Part shown: positions 12,968-26,596 of the stretch, piece by piece
How positions within the stretch are numbered: the first letter of the stretch is position 1
Layout of the letters: every line of letters begins with the position of its first letter
Source of the DNA: Oopsacas minuta
Lineage: Eukaryota > Animalia > Porifera
NCBI GenBank assembly: GCA_024704765.1
Contig: JAKMXF010000133.1
Coordinates: 620,001 to 684,000, forward strand
DNA: 64,000 nucleotides
Direction: 5' to 3'
Notes under the pieces: generated by a model
The model's input: the letters and a program-made list of their open reading frames with translations, nothing else
Databases searched by the model: none
What the model was told of the DNA's origin: nothing
Program-made: the position numbers and the translations under genes

Positions 12968-13550
12968 TCAATATCAAATATGTTAATTATATTTATTATT
13001 GATTTTGTTTTGGATTGTAGTATTAGCTAGAAATGAAGAGGCTACTGTTATCATATACGAAAGTTTATACAAGGCTGGATTCGGTTAGTGGGTTAACCGG
13101 TTCACCGCCGCTATGTACAGTTAACTGACAGGAGAAATGTATTCCTGCCAATATGTTCCTGAGATTCGGAATTATATATTAACAAATTCTGAGGCGTTCT
13201 TAGGTTAGTTTTCTTTAATTTCAATCGTTTTCTAAAGATTCAATTGATATTTTGAATCTTTACTGACAATACTTCATACATTCTATTATCATATAACCGC
13301 TATTATCGAAAAGAGTTTAACCACTCCCTTAATTCGGTTAACCAACCCCAGCCAGGGTTAATAGAAAAATAAATAATATTTTAACACAGTTTAAAAAGTT
13401 CCGAAAATATGAAAAGATTGAATAAATAGAAGCGATCACTCATTATGTTAATAAATCTAAATATATAATCTAGAAATACTGACAAACTGAGATGTATAAT
13501 ACAAAGCAGCAATTGTTGATCTCTTATTAAAATGCAATTAAGCATAATAT

Positions 13551-14495
13551 TTACGAACAAGATTCTGTTGTAATTCTGTAATAAAACTCAGTTCTGACTA
13601 TGTGATGCATCCAGGTTAGAGCTAAGAGGACACACACATGCCATAACTGGTGACTAGCACCAAAATAGTCAAACTTTCCTGGCCATATGCGTTCAGGGAA
13701 CTTGGTGACGTAGAAAGCTCCTCCAGCTAATCCAAGCACGTACATTATAATCCCGTTAGGAATAAGAAATATGAAAACTATATGAACTCCAAATCCTCCC
13801 TGCATAACAACCCATTGGGTAATAGGCACACCGCCCACCATAATCAGTCCAAAGTAGAACAGCAATCTTCTTATATTCCATCTCCTGGTTAGGAAATCTG
13901 GATGTAACGGTAGAATGAGAGAAATGAATACAGCCAAACACAGAGCTACCATGTACACGTCTCGCCAAGTGTTCTCAACACCTGGACAGTAGAATGCATA
14001 GAAACAAGAAGGAATGTAACACCCGCACAGAGCTAGCCCTATCCCCGCGCTATCCATTCGCAACCACATGTCACACTGGTATTCCGAGTGACACATCAAT
14101 AGATGGTAAAGAGCAGATAGTGTTAGCGAAAGCATAGCCAGAACGATGAATGATACGAATATGAGGTAATGCGGATATGAAGCATCTAACGAGTTTAGAT
14201 ACACGTAATCAATAGGAGTGTATACTAACAGATATATAATACCTATCAGGTGTGACCATATGTTAATAGTCTCGTTATGTAGTGTGAACAGGCTCAATGT
14301 GCATAGTTTGAAACTGAGACCCCATCTGTAACCGGAGCGAATGAATGGATTAAACTGCAGGTAAGATGGAATTAAATCAAATGTGTACAGTGGGATACCA
14401 CAGGTCCGTTTTGGTCTCCCTGCAGGCATATCATCCGCCTCTATATTAACAGCGCTAATTAGATTTGAATCTTCATTTACATTGTCTTTCTGCAT
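13551..14495 (-). CDS. PAQR3: Progestin/adipoQ receptor family member 3, intronless
   Basis: Motifs HNETINIWSH, WLRMDSAGIGLALCGCY..CFYAFYC and FPERIWPGKFDYFGASHQLWH. Confidence 0.85.
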   Translation of the reverse strand: MQKDNVNEDSNLISAVNIEADDMPAGRPKRTCGIPLYTFDLIPSYLQFNPFIRSGYRWGLSFKLCTLSLFTLHNETINIWSHLIGIIYLLVYTPIDYVYLNSLDASYPHYLIFVSFIVLAMLSLTLSALYHLLMCHSEYQCDMWLRMDSAGIGLALCGCYIPSCFYAFYCPGVENTWRDVYMVALCLAVFISLILPLHPDFLTRRWNIRRLLFYFGLIMVGGVPITQWVVMQGGFGVHIVFIFLIPNGIIMYVLGLAGGAFYVTKFPERIWPGKFDYFGASHQLWHVCVLLALTWMHHIVRTEFYYRITTESCS

Positions 14496-15008
14496 AGTAA
14501 ACTATTAACAGATAATACTATCTGTATAAATATTATAATGAATATAGATGGCTTGCTCTATAGGAGTTTAGACACAATACTTCGGACTATTCATTGCATT
14601 CTTATGACCTAGTTAATTGAATTTGAAACACGAGATAAGGAAAGAATGCTTATTGTTTGTGCTATAGTCATTATTGTATTTGGGGGTGATAAATCCCCCA
14701 AAATACAACATGATTTTTAGTGAATAAATTTGAAAACTTAACAAAATATGGATTCTGATTGAGGCATTCTAAGTTGGTTTATAGTCTTGAAAATTTAACC
14801 AGGGAAGCAAGCACCCCAAACTTTTGGACACTTAAGAGCTTAGAAGAAATTACAAACCATTTCGAGCGAACAAGTAAATAACTAATACTACAAATATTTT
14901 CATATACATCTAGAAAGACAGAGACCTGGTATCAAATTTAAATCTTTGAACAACAAACTTTATATGCTAAATTAATTCATAATTGTAAAACAAACCAAAC
15001 ACATTCAA

Positions 15009-15590
15009 CTAAATCCGGAATTTAGCAACAGAATCAGTTGTATCCACATCCATCTCTGTTGGAGTATCGGCTAATCGTTGTTTAGGTAGTTGCTCTGATT
15101 TTTCAATATACCATTTGGGTGAATAAAGTATTTTATCGCTATTTTGAGAAACAATTGAATATTTTGCTGAATAATCACTGAAATGTTCTTGACAGCAAAC
15201 CATCAGTGATTTATCAATCATTTCTTTATCACATCCAGGTAGTAAACAAATAACAAATCTAGTACTCATGTTAACCTTACGAACACACCATTCATGGAAA
15301 TGTATCAGACAAGCATTAGAACAACAAATACATTGATGAGATGTATCAGGACATGAACACCAATAACAACCAAAGATAGCTTTCTTCCAGTTAACATCAC
15401 TGCAGTAAGAAGAAGCAGGAGAAATTGATGGACCCTGAAGACGAGGAATCTTACCTACATCTGTATGATAGTAGAGGATGGAGAGAAGACGTTCGGAAAA
15501 GGGAATTTCAAAGTCACCTTTAAATGCAGATCTCCAGTAGGATTGAAATTTATTAATAGGACTGGCACTCGTACTGGTACTAGTGGCCAT
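15009..15590 (-). CDS. Array gene g: a single Cys/His module, near-copy of module 1 of array gene G1
   Basis: ORF of 193 aa; FQSYWRSAFKGD...SPKWYIEK is almost identical to the N-terminus of ORF 25227-26519. Confidence 0.7.
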   Translation of the reverse strand: MATSTSTSASPINKFQSYWRSAFKGDFEIPFSERLLSILYYHTDVGKIPRLQGPSISPASSYCSDVNWKKAIFGCYWCSCPDTSHQCICCSNACLIHFHEWCVRKVNMSTRFVICLLPGCDKEMIDKSLMVCCQEHFSDYSAKYSIVSQNSDKILYSPKWYIEKSEQLPKQRLADTPTEMDVDTTDSVAKFRI

Positions 15591-15958
15591 TAATAACTAA
15601 TTTCTGAAAAATATTTAGTAAAGACAGTAGTATCAAAGTACATAACAAAATGAATTGAAAGTCATAATTTGTAGATATGTAACCGTAAGCAAACTGGGCA
15701 CAACTCCCCTAAAAATAGATATACAAGAGATATTTCACCAATTAAACCCCCATAGCCTCTAAAGAACAGCCTTTACATACCATAATCAGCCCAAAACAAA
15801 GGTTTATACAAAAATTAAATAATAGAAAATATTCAAATTTATAAAATTACAATAACAAAGAAGTATAATAGAAAAGTCATTCTCCGATCACAATTATAAT
15901 ATACAGGTATACAATTCTAGAGAATATATTGATACAATAATGAGTATATACATACAAC

Positions 15959-16729
15959 CTAGAGCTGATAAGTATGAGAACTATATGAACTCGGATCTGG
16001 TAATGGATTATCATCAGGTGAACTCTTTGAGAGCTTTTTTCCATTATCAGGACACGTCCGCTTTAAGATTTCAGGATTATTAAGAGAGAATTTTCGTTTT
16101 ATAGATTTCTGGTCTGACAAGCGCAAAGATTTTCCGAAGAATGAAGGGTTTTTGGTTTGATGAACAACTAAAACGGGAGAATTAAGAGGTTTAGTTTGGC
16201 TCTTTATGCTTTGGGGGATTGTCTTGCTAGGCGAATTGGAAATGCCTTGTGGTTTAGATCTGAACTCGAGAGAGGGTGCAAAGCTATTAACTACCTCAAC
16301 ATTCTTAGTGACGTCATTATCAGTAGGGTGAGTCTTTTTCAATTTTCCGAGTTCATTAGCTTCTCTGGCATACTTTTGATTCCATTCAAATTCTAACACC
16401 ATCTTATCCATGGTTTCTTCTTTCATTCCAGTTATTTCTTTCTCTATTTTACCTAAAATATCAGCTTGTAGATTCTTGAAAGTAGAAGAAGAATATAAAT
16501 CCTGATGATACTTCTTCATCTTCTCCAATTCTTTGAATTTTTCTCGTTCATTTCTGAATTCAGAAATAATCGCATCTAATTCTGAGATTAGTTTATTTTC
16601 TCTCGATTGAATAACCTCAATCAGCTGAGAGAAATATGTATGAATTTTAGATCTAACATCGCTTGTCATAGTCTCAAAATCCTCTTTATCAAAGTTTATA
16701 CTAGAACACATTAATTGTACATCTTCCAT
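15959..16729 (-). CDS. Array gene f: coiled coil plus low-complexity tail, no Cys module
   Basis: KIHTYFSQLIEVIQSRENKLISELD...LEFEWNQKYAREANELGKL is shared with the other coiled-coil genes; an AG acceptor lies just before the ATG. Confidence 0.7.
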   Translation of the reverse strand: MEDVQLMCSSINFDKEDFETMTSDVRSKIHTYFSQLIEVIQSRENKLISELDAIISEFRNEREKFKELEKMKKYHQDLYSSSTFKNLQADILGKIEKEITGMKEETMDKMVLEFEWNQKYAREANELGKLKKTHPTDNDVTKNVEVVNSFAPSLEFRSKPQGISNSPSKTIPQSIKSQTKPLNSPVLVVHQTKNPSFFGKSLRLSDQKSIKRKFSLNNPEILKRTCPDNGKKLSKSSPDDNPLPDPSSYSSHTYQL

Positions 16730-16995
16730 TCTACAAACTATAATACAATAACTGCGTAAAATCGCTCAGAAATAAATCAATAATTATTACTAATAGATAA
16801 TGATGTGAACGTAATAAAGATAGAAAAGTTGATAAAAATACGAGAAATTGAGAATAGTACACATTGATATGGAAAGTATAGAATCTATTCAAAGTAGATA
16901 ATACAAAAATAATCAAAATTAGATAAAATAATGTTTTTATTTGTGTGATTACAAATCCTATAAAACGTAGAGTATCTCAACAACTAGCTGTACTT

Positions 16996-18201
16996 CTAAT
17001 ACTTAGAAGATTGACCGGTACGAGCACTGATAGACAGTTTGGGTATTTTGTAGGGAGGAGGAGCTGTAGGAATAGGTGGGTACCTGAATGGCTTACCTTG
17101 AGGGGAAGGTAGAACAGTACAAGAAAGAGCAGACTCTGCAAGCTCTGATAAGTGACTATCTTCATTAGAAGAACAGTCACTGATAATATCACGAATATGA
17201 TAAGATGCATGAAGCGAATTAGTAGATTGATTGCTATCTGATTTAATTTCGCTTAGATTGAAATTAGGTATTGGATCAGATTTTGAAATATTAACAGCAT
17301 CAACTACATTGTAAAAATGTGGGGGTTTGGATATAAATCTAGCAATAGTTTTGCTATAAATTGTTTTGTAATCTGATTCAAGTATTGCTAGATGTGTATC
17401 AGAACAAACATTAGCATTTCCTATAGACAACATTTCACATCCAGGATACATGCATAGAGATTCTCCACAGAATTCATGTAACTTCCTACGACACCATTCA
17501 TGTAGATATTGATAGCATTTCTTATCGCACACATAAATGTACTGATTGGGATTTGTAACTTTTCCACACCAATAACAACCTTCAATCGATACACACCAGT
17601 TTTTGTGATCTGTGAATGTAGACTTCAAATGTTCTTCAAGGTAACTATCTCTAGGAATAGGACCTATATCAGTTTTGTAGATTAGTCCTTCATATAATCT
17701 CTTGGAAAAAATAAATTTATTAAAAGATCTAGATTTCTTGGTTTTGACTTTGTTAATAATAACTGGTTCTGACAAACAAACTGAAGTATTATTAGACACG
17801 AGCTTAAGTTCACCAAACTTGCTTACACTCACAGCATCCTTTGGACTCCATTCAAAATCAACACTCAAAGTTTGCTTATCCTCTTCTTCAATTTCAACCA
17901 GCTCTGACTTGATATGAGATAATATATCAATTTGTAATGACCTGACTGTTGAAGAGGAATACAGGTCCTCATGGTATCTTTTTAACTTCTCCAATTCGTT
18001 GATTTTATCTCTTACTTTAACTCGTTTTAGCCTGTAACGAGATAGAATCTCATCCAATTCTGAGATTAGTTTATCTTGTCTCATTCTAATTATATCAATC
18101 AGCTGTGAGAAGCATGTCTGTATTTTAGATCTCACATTACTGGCAATAGTTTCAAAATCTTCTTTATCAGAGTTTAATCTAGAAGAATTCAAATCTTCCA
18201 T
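16996..18201 (-). CDS. Array gene e: coiled coil + Cys/His module + tail with PTAPPPY
   Basis: ORF of 401 aa; the coiled-coil motif is followed by FSKRLYEGLIYKTDIGPIPR...GCYWC...HEWC...CMYPGC...CSDTH. Confidence 0.8.
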   Translation of the reverse strand: MEDLNSSRLNSDKEDFETIASNVRSKIQTCFSQLIDIIRMRQDKLISELDEILSRYRLKRVKVRDKINELEKLKRYHEDLYSSSTVRSLQIDILSHIKSELVEIEEEDKQTLSVDFEWSPKDAVSVSKFGELKLVSNNTSVCLSEPVIINKVKTKKSRSFNKFIFSKRLYEGLIYKTDIGPIPRDSYLEEHLKSTFTDHKNWCVSIEGCYWCGKVTNPNQYIYVCDKKCYQYLHEWCRRKLHEFCGESLCMYPGCEMLSIGNANVCSDTHLAILESDYKTIYSKTIARFISKPPHFYNVVDAVNISKSDPIPNFNLSEIKSDSNQSTNSLHASYHIRDIISDCSSNEDSHLSELAESALSCTVLPSPQGKPFRYPPIPTAPPPYKIPKLSISARTGQSSKY

Positions 18202-18572
18202 TCAATCGCTAGAATACTAGGAATATGAATAAGCATAGACTCTGTAATAGTGTAAATTTATGGTTCCTAAGGACAAGGTTACTTGCAAACACCTACAAAT
18301 AATTCTGTCTACTGACGACGTCAACATGGCCGTGGGAGACGGTCCGGTTGGTCAGATAGGAAACTGTCTGCTACGGGACTGCGATAATGTATGCATTTTA
18401 ATTAATGACGGAACATATATTGTATACATATATAAGCGATCTATAAGTCTAATGTATAATGTGACATAACACAATAATTGTAAGCATAATAAACTTAAGA
18501 TTAACTATTCCATCGTTAACAAACCGTGCCGGTTTTATGGATTTTGAGCGGATAATATAGAGGGGGAATTAT

Positions 18573-19616
18573 TTATTTAAACAGATTCTTTAGTTTTGAA
18601 GGAGATTCTGTGTTAGTAGATTGCTTAGACAACCTATCATAAGCTGAGATGGGAGATATGTCTGTATTGCTTGGGACAGCTTGTGGAATATCAGCTCTAT
18701 GAAAGAATGAAGTAATTTTCTGGTTAGTTGGATCCTTTTTATACCAATGAGGAGTCTTAAGTTCTATCTTACCTGTAAATACATTAAGAATAGTTTTGAA
18801 ATTTCTTTCAAGATCAAGATGATGAGATTCTGAACAAAACTTAACATCTTCTTGTGACGATATTTCACATCCAGGATACATACATAGAGATTCTCCACAA
18901 AATTCATGTAACTTTACACGACACCATTCATGTAGATATTGATAGCATTTCTTATCACACACATAAATGTACTGATTGGGATTTGTAACTTTTCCACACC
19001 AATAACAACCTTCTATTCGTACACGCCAGTTAGGGAAATTAATGAATCTTGCCTTACTATATTCTTCACAGTAACTATCTCTAGGAATAGGACCTATGTC
19101 TGTTTTGTAGATTAATCCTTCATATAATCTCTTGGAAAACGTATGTAAACCCCAGTCTGTACGCTTTATTGTGACGTCACTCCCTTCACCAGTTGTATAA
19201 AGTCTCTCATTAGGAATTTGTGTTAATTTCCCAATTTCATTGGCTTCCCTTGCGTATTTTCTATTCCATTCAAACTCTACAGTTATAGAACTCATTTGTT
19301 TTAATACAGTCAATTCAGATTCAATCTTATTCAATACATCACAATGTACATTACCAACTACAGTAGAAGTATATAGCGAACTTTCATGATACTTTTTCAT
19401 CTTCTCCAATTCATTAATCTTATCTCTATTCTTGATTCTCTCTTGTCTGTAGTGAGATACAATCCCATCCAATCCTGTGAGTAGCTTTTTTCGTCTTTCT
19501 ATAATTACATCAATCAAGTTAGTGAAATATGTCTGAATCTTGGATTTAATATTACTCGCATTTAGCTCAAAATCATTATCATCAAAGTTAATGCTAGAAC
19601 TCATTATATCTTCCAT
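18573..19616 (-). CDS. Array gene d: coiled coil + Cys/His module (probable start MEDIMSS at 19616)
   Basis: The ATG at 19616 aligns with paralog starts; the module is near-identical to module 2 of G1. Confidence 0.8.
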   Translation of the reverse strand: MEDIMSSSINFDDNDFELNASNIKSKIQTYFTNLIDVIIERRKKLLTGLDGIVSHYRQERIKNRDKINELEKMKKYHESSLYTSTVVGNVHCDVLNKIESELTVLKQMSSITVEFEWNRKYAREANEIGKLTQIPNERLYTTGEGSDVTIKRTDWGLHTFSKRLYEGLIYKTDIGPIPRDSYCEEYSKARFINFPNWRVRIEGCYWCGKVTNPNQYIYVCDKKCYQYLHEWCRVKLHEFCGESLCMYPGCEISSQEDVKFCSESHHLDLERNFKTILNVFTGKIELKTPHWYKKDPTNQKITSFFHRADIPQAVPSNTDISPISAYDRLSKQSTNTESPSKLKNLFK

Positions 19617-19734
19617 ACTACCAGTATAGAAATGATCTATATTATAAACAGAGAAAGAGATAAATAACCAGGTAAGAGACTGGCAAGCGAGTGGCAAGTG
19701 AGAACAGTGCACCATTAAAGTGGTAAGTGGAGTA

Positions 19735-19760
19735 ATATATATATATATATATATATATAT
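19735..19760. repeat. (AT)n microsatellite
   Basis: 13 AT units upstream of gene d. Confidence 0.9.
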
Positions 19761-19885
19761 CTGATTAATAATAAAATAGAAGAAGTATTATAAACTAGAA
19801 ATTTAGTTGGTTCAGTTACATAACACCATATTTACCGCGTAATAAAACAAGCACTTCTTCCTTTGTTTGAGTCTCGCCTGCTCCA

Positions 19886-19947
19886 ACAATGGTCACCCTA
19901 ATAATCACTCAAGTAATACCTTGAGTGATTATTATGGTGACCATTGT
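19886..19947. repeat. Fold-back inverted repeat with ~28-bp arms and a 6-nt loop
   Basis: ACAATGGTCAC...TAATAATCACTCAAG-TAATAC-CTTGAGTGATTATTA...GTGACCATTGT, with one mismatch. Confidence 0.85.
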
Positions 19948-20297
19948 CCAGGTTTTAGCTGTCCAATTTCTACATGTTTACATGCCAATTTGAGTTCTAT
20001 TGTATTGTGTCATTTGTATGAAATGTATAACAAATACAATTCGTAATTATTCGTTGGTAATATATTTGGGGATCATTAAAATAAAATAAATGGTCAGATC
20101 CTGGTCTGATATACAACAATCTTGAACTCAATAATTATTAATACTACAAGTATATTTAATAAAGTGATACAAAAATGAAATACGAAAGCGATTAATAAGC
20201 ATAAATAATTATAATTAGTATAAATAATATATTAATAATTCTTTAAAATAAGGGAAATATTCTGTAGAAATAAATGTGTCATGAATTAGTTCGGGAA

Positions 20298-20957
20298 CTA
20301 TTTCTCAGTTTCTTTACGTTTTGGCAGAATATTAATACAATCATAGTGCAACTTTCGTTTAACAGATTGTTTGGTTACAGTTTCCTTTGAAACAGTGCGA
20401 GAAGATCTTGGATAAGTATCAGAATTCATTGGGAATATCTTTTCAGTATATTTATAGTATGATCTGCCTTGTGTATTAGACTTGCTGACAAGTGACGTAG
20501 GGGATGGTGTCCTAATGCCCTGAGAACAAACAGGACTATACACGGGGTATTCAGAATTAACTTTAACCTTTCCGATTTCATTAGCATATTTGGCATAACC
20601 TTTAGTCCATTCAACATCAATAGTCAATATATCTGAATGCTTCTGCTGTAATTCAGATAATTCAGTATTACATCTATCTAGAACTGCATCATGTAGTCCT
20701 TTCACACTCGAAGAAGTATAATTATCTTGATGGTATTTCCTCATCTTTTCCAATTCATGAATCTTCTCTCTAATTCTAAATCTCTCTAGACCGTAATGAG
20801 ATACAATCTCATCCAATTCTGAGATTAGTTGAGTTTGTCTGTGTTGAATACTTTTAATCAGCTGAGAGAAATAAGTATTTAATCTAGATTTAATATCTTC
20901 AACTTCCTGTTTAATATCTTTATCCAAGTTTATTTTGAATTTGAATATCTCTGCCAT
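20298..20957 (-). CDS. Array gene c: coiled coil plus short tail
   Basis: RLNTYFSQLIKSIQHRQTQLISELD...IDVEWTKGYAKYANEIGKVKV. Confidence 0.7.
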   Translation of the reverse strand: MAEIFKFKINLDKDIKQEVEDIKSRLNTYFSQLIKSIQHRQTQLISELDEIVSHYGLERFRIREKIHELEKMRKYHQDNYTSSSVKGLHDAVLDRCNTELSELQQKHSDILTIDVEWTKGYAKYANEIGKVKVNSEYPVYSPVCSQGIRTPSPTSLVSKSNTQGRSYYKYTEKIFPMNSDTYPRSSRTVSKETVTKQSVKRKLHYDCINILPKRKETEK

Positions 20958-21293
20958 GCTATAATAATCTGTGAGAATTTATTACAGATAATTAAATCAT
21001 AGGTGGACATCAAACTTGAGCTTAACAGCTAGTAATTATTTTAATGACTAGCATCGGGCCGCAACTAAGCTTTGAGCCGCAAAAAAGTAACATGTGAGAG
21101 TCAAAACAATAGAAATATATAACACAATGAAAGAATACTAAAATTGGTAATAACAAAATACTAAAACAACTAGTCATTTCAGAGACAATAATCAGGGCAG
21201 TAATATGATGATAAGTCATTAAGAAAGAAATAGTATAGAAACTTTCATCAGAACAATCCACGTAAGGATTAGAGTAACCATACTAGCTAGAGG

Positions 21294-22353
21294 TTATGTA
21301 ATCTTGGATAAGTGTGGAACTAACTGATTAGGAGAACCAAATTTCTTATACCATTTGGGACTTATTTTGGACCTTCTTTCAGTATCATCAATTTTATTAG
21401 CCCTATACATCTCGCCTATATTAGTAGTATGGTCTCTGTTACAACACTTGAAACCATCAGAAGCTTTCTTAGGACATCCAGGATATTGACAGAATTGTAT
21501 TTAGAACGGACTGTACTTTAACTCTACACCACTCATAGAATATTAAGTAACAACGTAAACGACAAAAATATTTATTATTCAATTCATTTAATGTGAATGT
21601 TCCACAGTTGTAACAGCCTTTTATATCAGCTGACCAGTTGGGATAATGAGAAAATTTGGAAGTAAAAGTCTTTAATTCCAAACAATCACGAGGAATAATT
21701 CCAATATCTGTACGTAAAGTAATTAGTTCTTGCAATTCTTTTGGAAAATCACTTTGAAAGAGAGTTACCGAGATTTTATTTCCATTAGGTTTTGAGTTAG
21801 AAGCAATCTTGGACTGATTAAGTGAAGAATGATAACTGTTTGATTTCACATGCGAAGTAGGAATATTGTCATTAGAGGAATTACTATTCGAGGCATTACT
21901 GTTATGTAAGTTATCACTAACAGGTAAAATGTTACTTGATAATGATGATGAGGGAGATAGATAATCATTTGTTTTCAATTTACCGAGTCCACTAGCTTCT
22001 CTAGCGAACTTTTGATTCCATTCAAATTCTAGAATGAGTGAATGATTTTTTCGTAAGTTAGCTAATTGTGGTCCAATCCTACTTATTACATCATCTTGTA
22101 CATCTTTAACGATAGAAGATGAATACATTTCACAAGGAAATATATTAATCTTCTCCAACTCATTGATTTTCTTTTCTTCCTGTCTCTTACGATATATAAT
22201 CTCATCTAATTCTGAGATTAGTTTAGTTCTTCTGAGTTTAATAACCTCAATCAGCTGAGAGAAGTAGGTCTGTATTTTAGTTCTAACATTATTCGCCATT
22301 GTTCCAAAATCTTCCTTATCAGATCTACTGCTAGAAATTTTCTGATCCGCCAT
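21294..22353 (-). CDS. Array gene b: coiled coil + Cys/His module, frameshift at about 21500 (pseudogene or consensus error)
   Basis: ORF 21469-22353 ends mid-module; the shifted frame continues QFCQYPGCPKKASDGFKCCNRDH...ISPKWY...SKIT* to 21294. Confidence 0.7.
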
Positions 22354-22644
22354 TCTAGAAAATTTAGCTAGAAATTACAAGTAAAGTATTGGAGAAATGA
22401 TATCATGCTTTCCTATAAGGTATAATCTGTGTAGAGCAGCCCCATGTACATAACTGCCAATTTGGGTTCTATTCTACGTATGTGAATGTGTAACAAATTG
22501 TGAACATTCACACACGTACAATATTTGTAGAATTTCGCTGGTAATAATTTCGAGAACATTTAAATAAATACAAAAAACAGCAATCTAGAACTCAATAATA
22601 TAAGTAAACTTAAGGAAATATAACAGACCAACTAACGATGATCT

Positions 22645-23406
22645 TTAAAGCTCAAATTTTGTCTGAGTAACTGTGTCAATATGGCCAGTCCTATCAGGTC
22701 TGTCAGCTCCATCAGCTCGATAAATAGGAGCTGAGTATCCTTCTATACATACACGTTTTGCAGAAGTGTGTTTTGAGTACCCAGGATTGTAAGGAGGCGG
22801 TCTAACTTGTTTAAAAGATTGATTATCAGTGAATTTATCTGGGGAAATATCTGTATAACGTTGATAGTTAGGACTAGCTTGAATTGAAGCAATGGATTGT
22901 TCATTAGATTTAGATTTCGAACTGATTTCATGACCACCATCCCTAGAAGTGGAAGGGAATATCTTGCTAGACCTAGGAGTAGTACTGAACTCAGAAATTT
23001 CAGTTTTAACCTTTTTGTTCAAAATCGTAGAGAATGAGCGTATATTAAATTTTCCGATTGCACTTGCTTCTCTTGCATACTTTCTATCCCATTCAAATTC
23101 TATAAACACTGTTGAGTTTTCGCGTAATCTAGCCAATTCAGATTCTATGTCACTCAATTTCCTATCAGAATGCGTATAGCTCCTCTCTTGATTACTTCTC
23201 TTCAGCTCCAATTCTTTCATCTTATCTTGCTCTTGTCTGTAGTGAGTTATAACCTCACTTAATTCTGATATCAGTTCTATTCTTCTGAGCTTAATGACTT
23301 CAATCAGTTGAGAGAAATAAGTATGGATTTTAGTCGCTATTTTAACTGCTTCTAATTCAAAATCTTTCTGATCGGATTGTATACTAGAAGTGAGGATTTC
23401 TGCCAT
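22645..23406 (-). CDS. Array gene a: coiled coil + tail with RPPPY (probable start MAEILTS at 23406)
   Basis: KIHTYFSQLIEVIKLRRIELISELS...IEFEWDRKYAREASAIGKF; an AG lies immediately before the ATG, as in paralogs. Confidence 0.7.
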   Translation of the reverse strand: MAEILTSSIQSDQKDFELEAVKIATKIHTYFSQLIEVIKLRRIELISELSEVITHYRQEQDKMKELELKRSNQERSYTHSDRKLSDIESELARLRENSTVFIEFEWDRKYAREASAIGKFNIRSFSTILNKKVKTEISEFSTTPRSSKIFPSTSRDGGHEISSKSKSNEQSIASIQASPNYQRYTDISPDKFTDNQSFKQVRPPPYNPGYSKHTSAKRVCIEGYSAPIYRADGADRPDRTGHIDTVTQTKFEL

Positions 23407-23608
23407 TCTACACAATACTAAATAAATACATATATGGACATGCGACAATACTACGTTAATATTGAATTGAGGAGAAATCAGAATGATAGGGTCGTGAGTA
23501 ACAAATAGTATTACTACAGTCAACAGATTGCTTTCATTCAATTTAGCAATTTGTACTATAAGGGGAAATGGAAATATTTTATGAACATTGATTCAAACAC
23601 AAATCGTA

Positions 23609-23758
23609 CAGTTAACTCCTGTTATACCGAACACGAATATATTGAAATACTCGCTTAAATCGTCTGAAATTATGCAAATAATGTCACAAACAGTAATGGA
23701 AAGTCATCAGTTATATCGAAGTAATTATCGAGGTCCCTTAAGCAACGGGAGTTGATTG
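23609..23758. mobile_element. Tc1/pogo-type MITE (CAGTCAACTCC family)
   Basis: TA-CAGTTAACTCCTGTT ... CAACGGGAGTTGATTG-TA. Confidence 0.6.
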
Positions 23759-23902
23759 TATTTTGAATTGCAATATATGGAATTCTTGATACTAAATTAG
23801 CTATGTATATGATTAATAATATCAAAAGCAAGAACAAGCAACATCTGTATTTAGCAAACAAATAGATATTTGTATATGATTGGCTAACACATCCAACAAT
23901 AA

Positions 23903-26519
<2,617 letters not shown>

Positions 26520-26596
26520 AAAAGATCGAGGAAGCTACTTGATAGAGATTAATATAGGGATAAAATTAAACATAATTATCCCATCTTTTGATACAG

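Noticed and set aside
13070-13360. GGTTAACC-rich segment with partial inverted ends
   Set aside because: TIRs are too degenerate and there is no TSD; probably an old transposon fragment.
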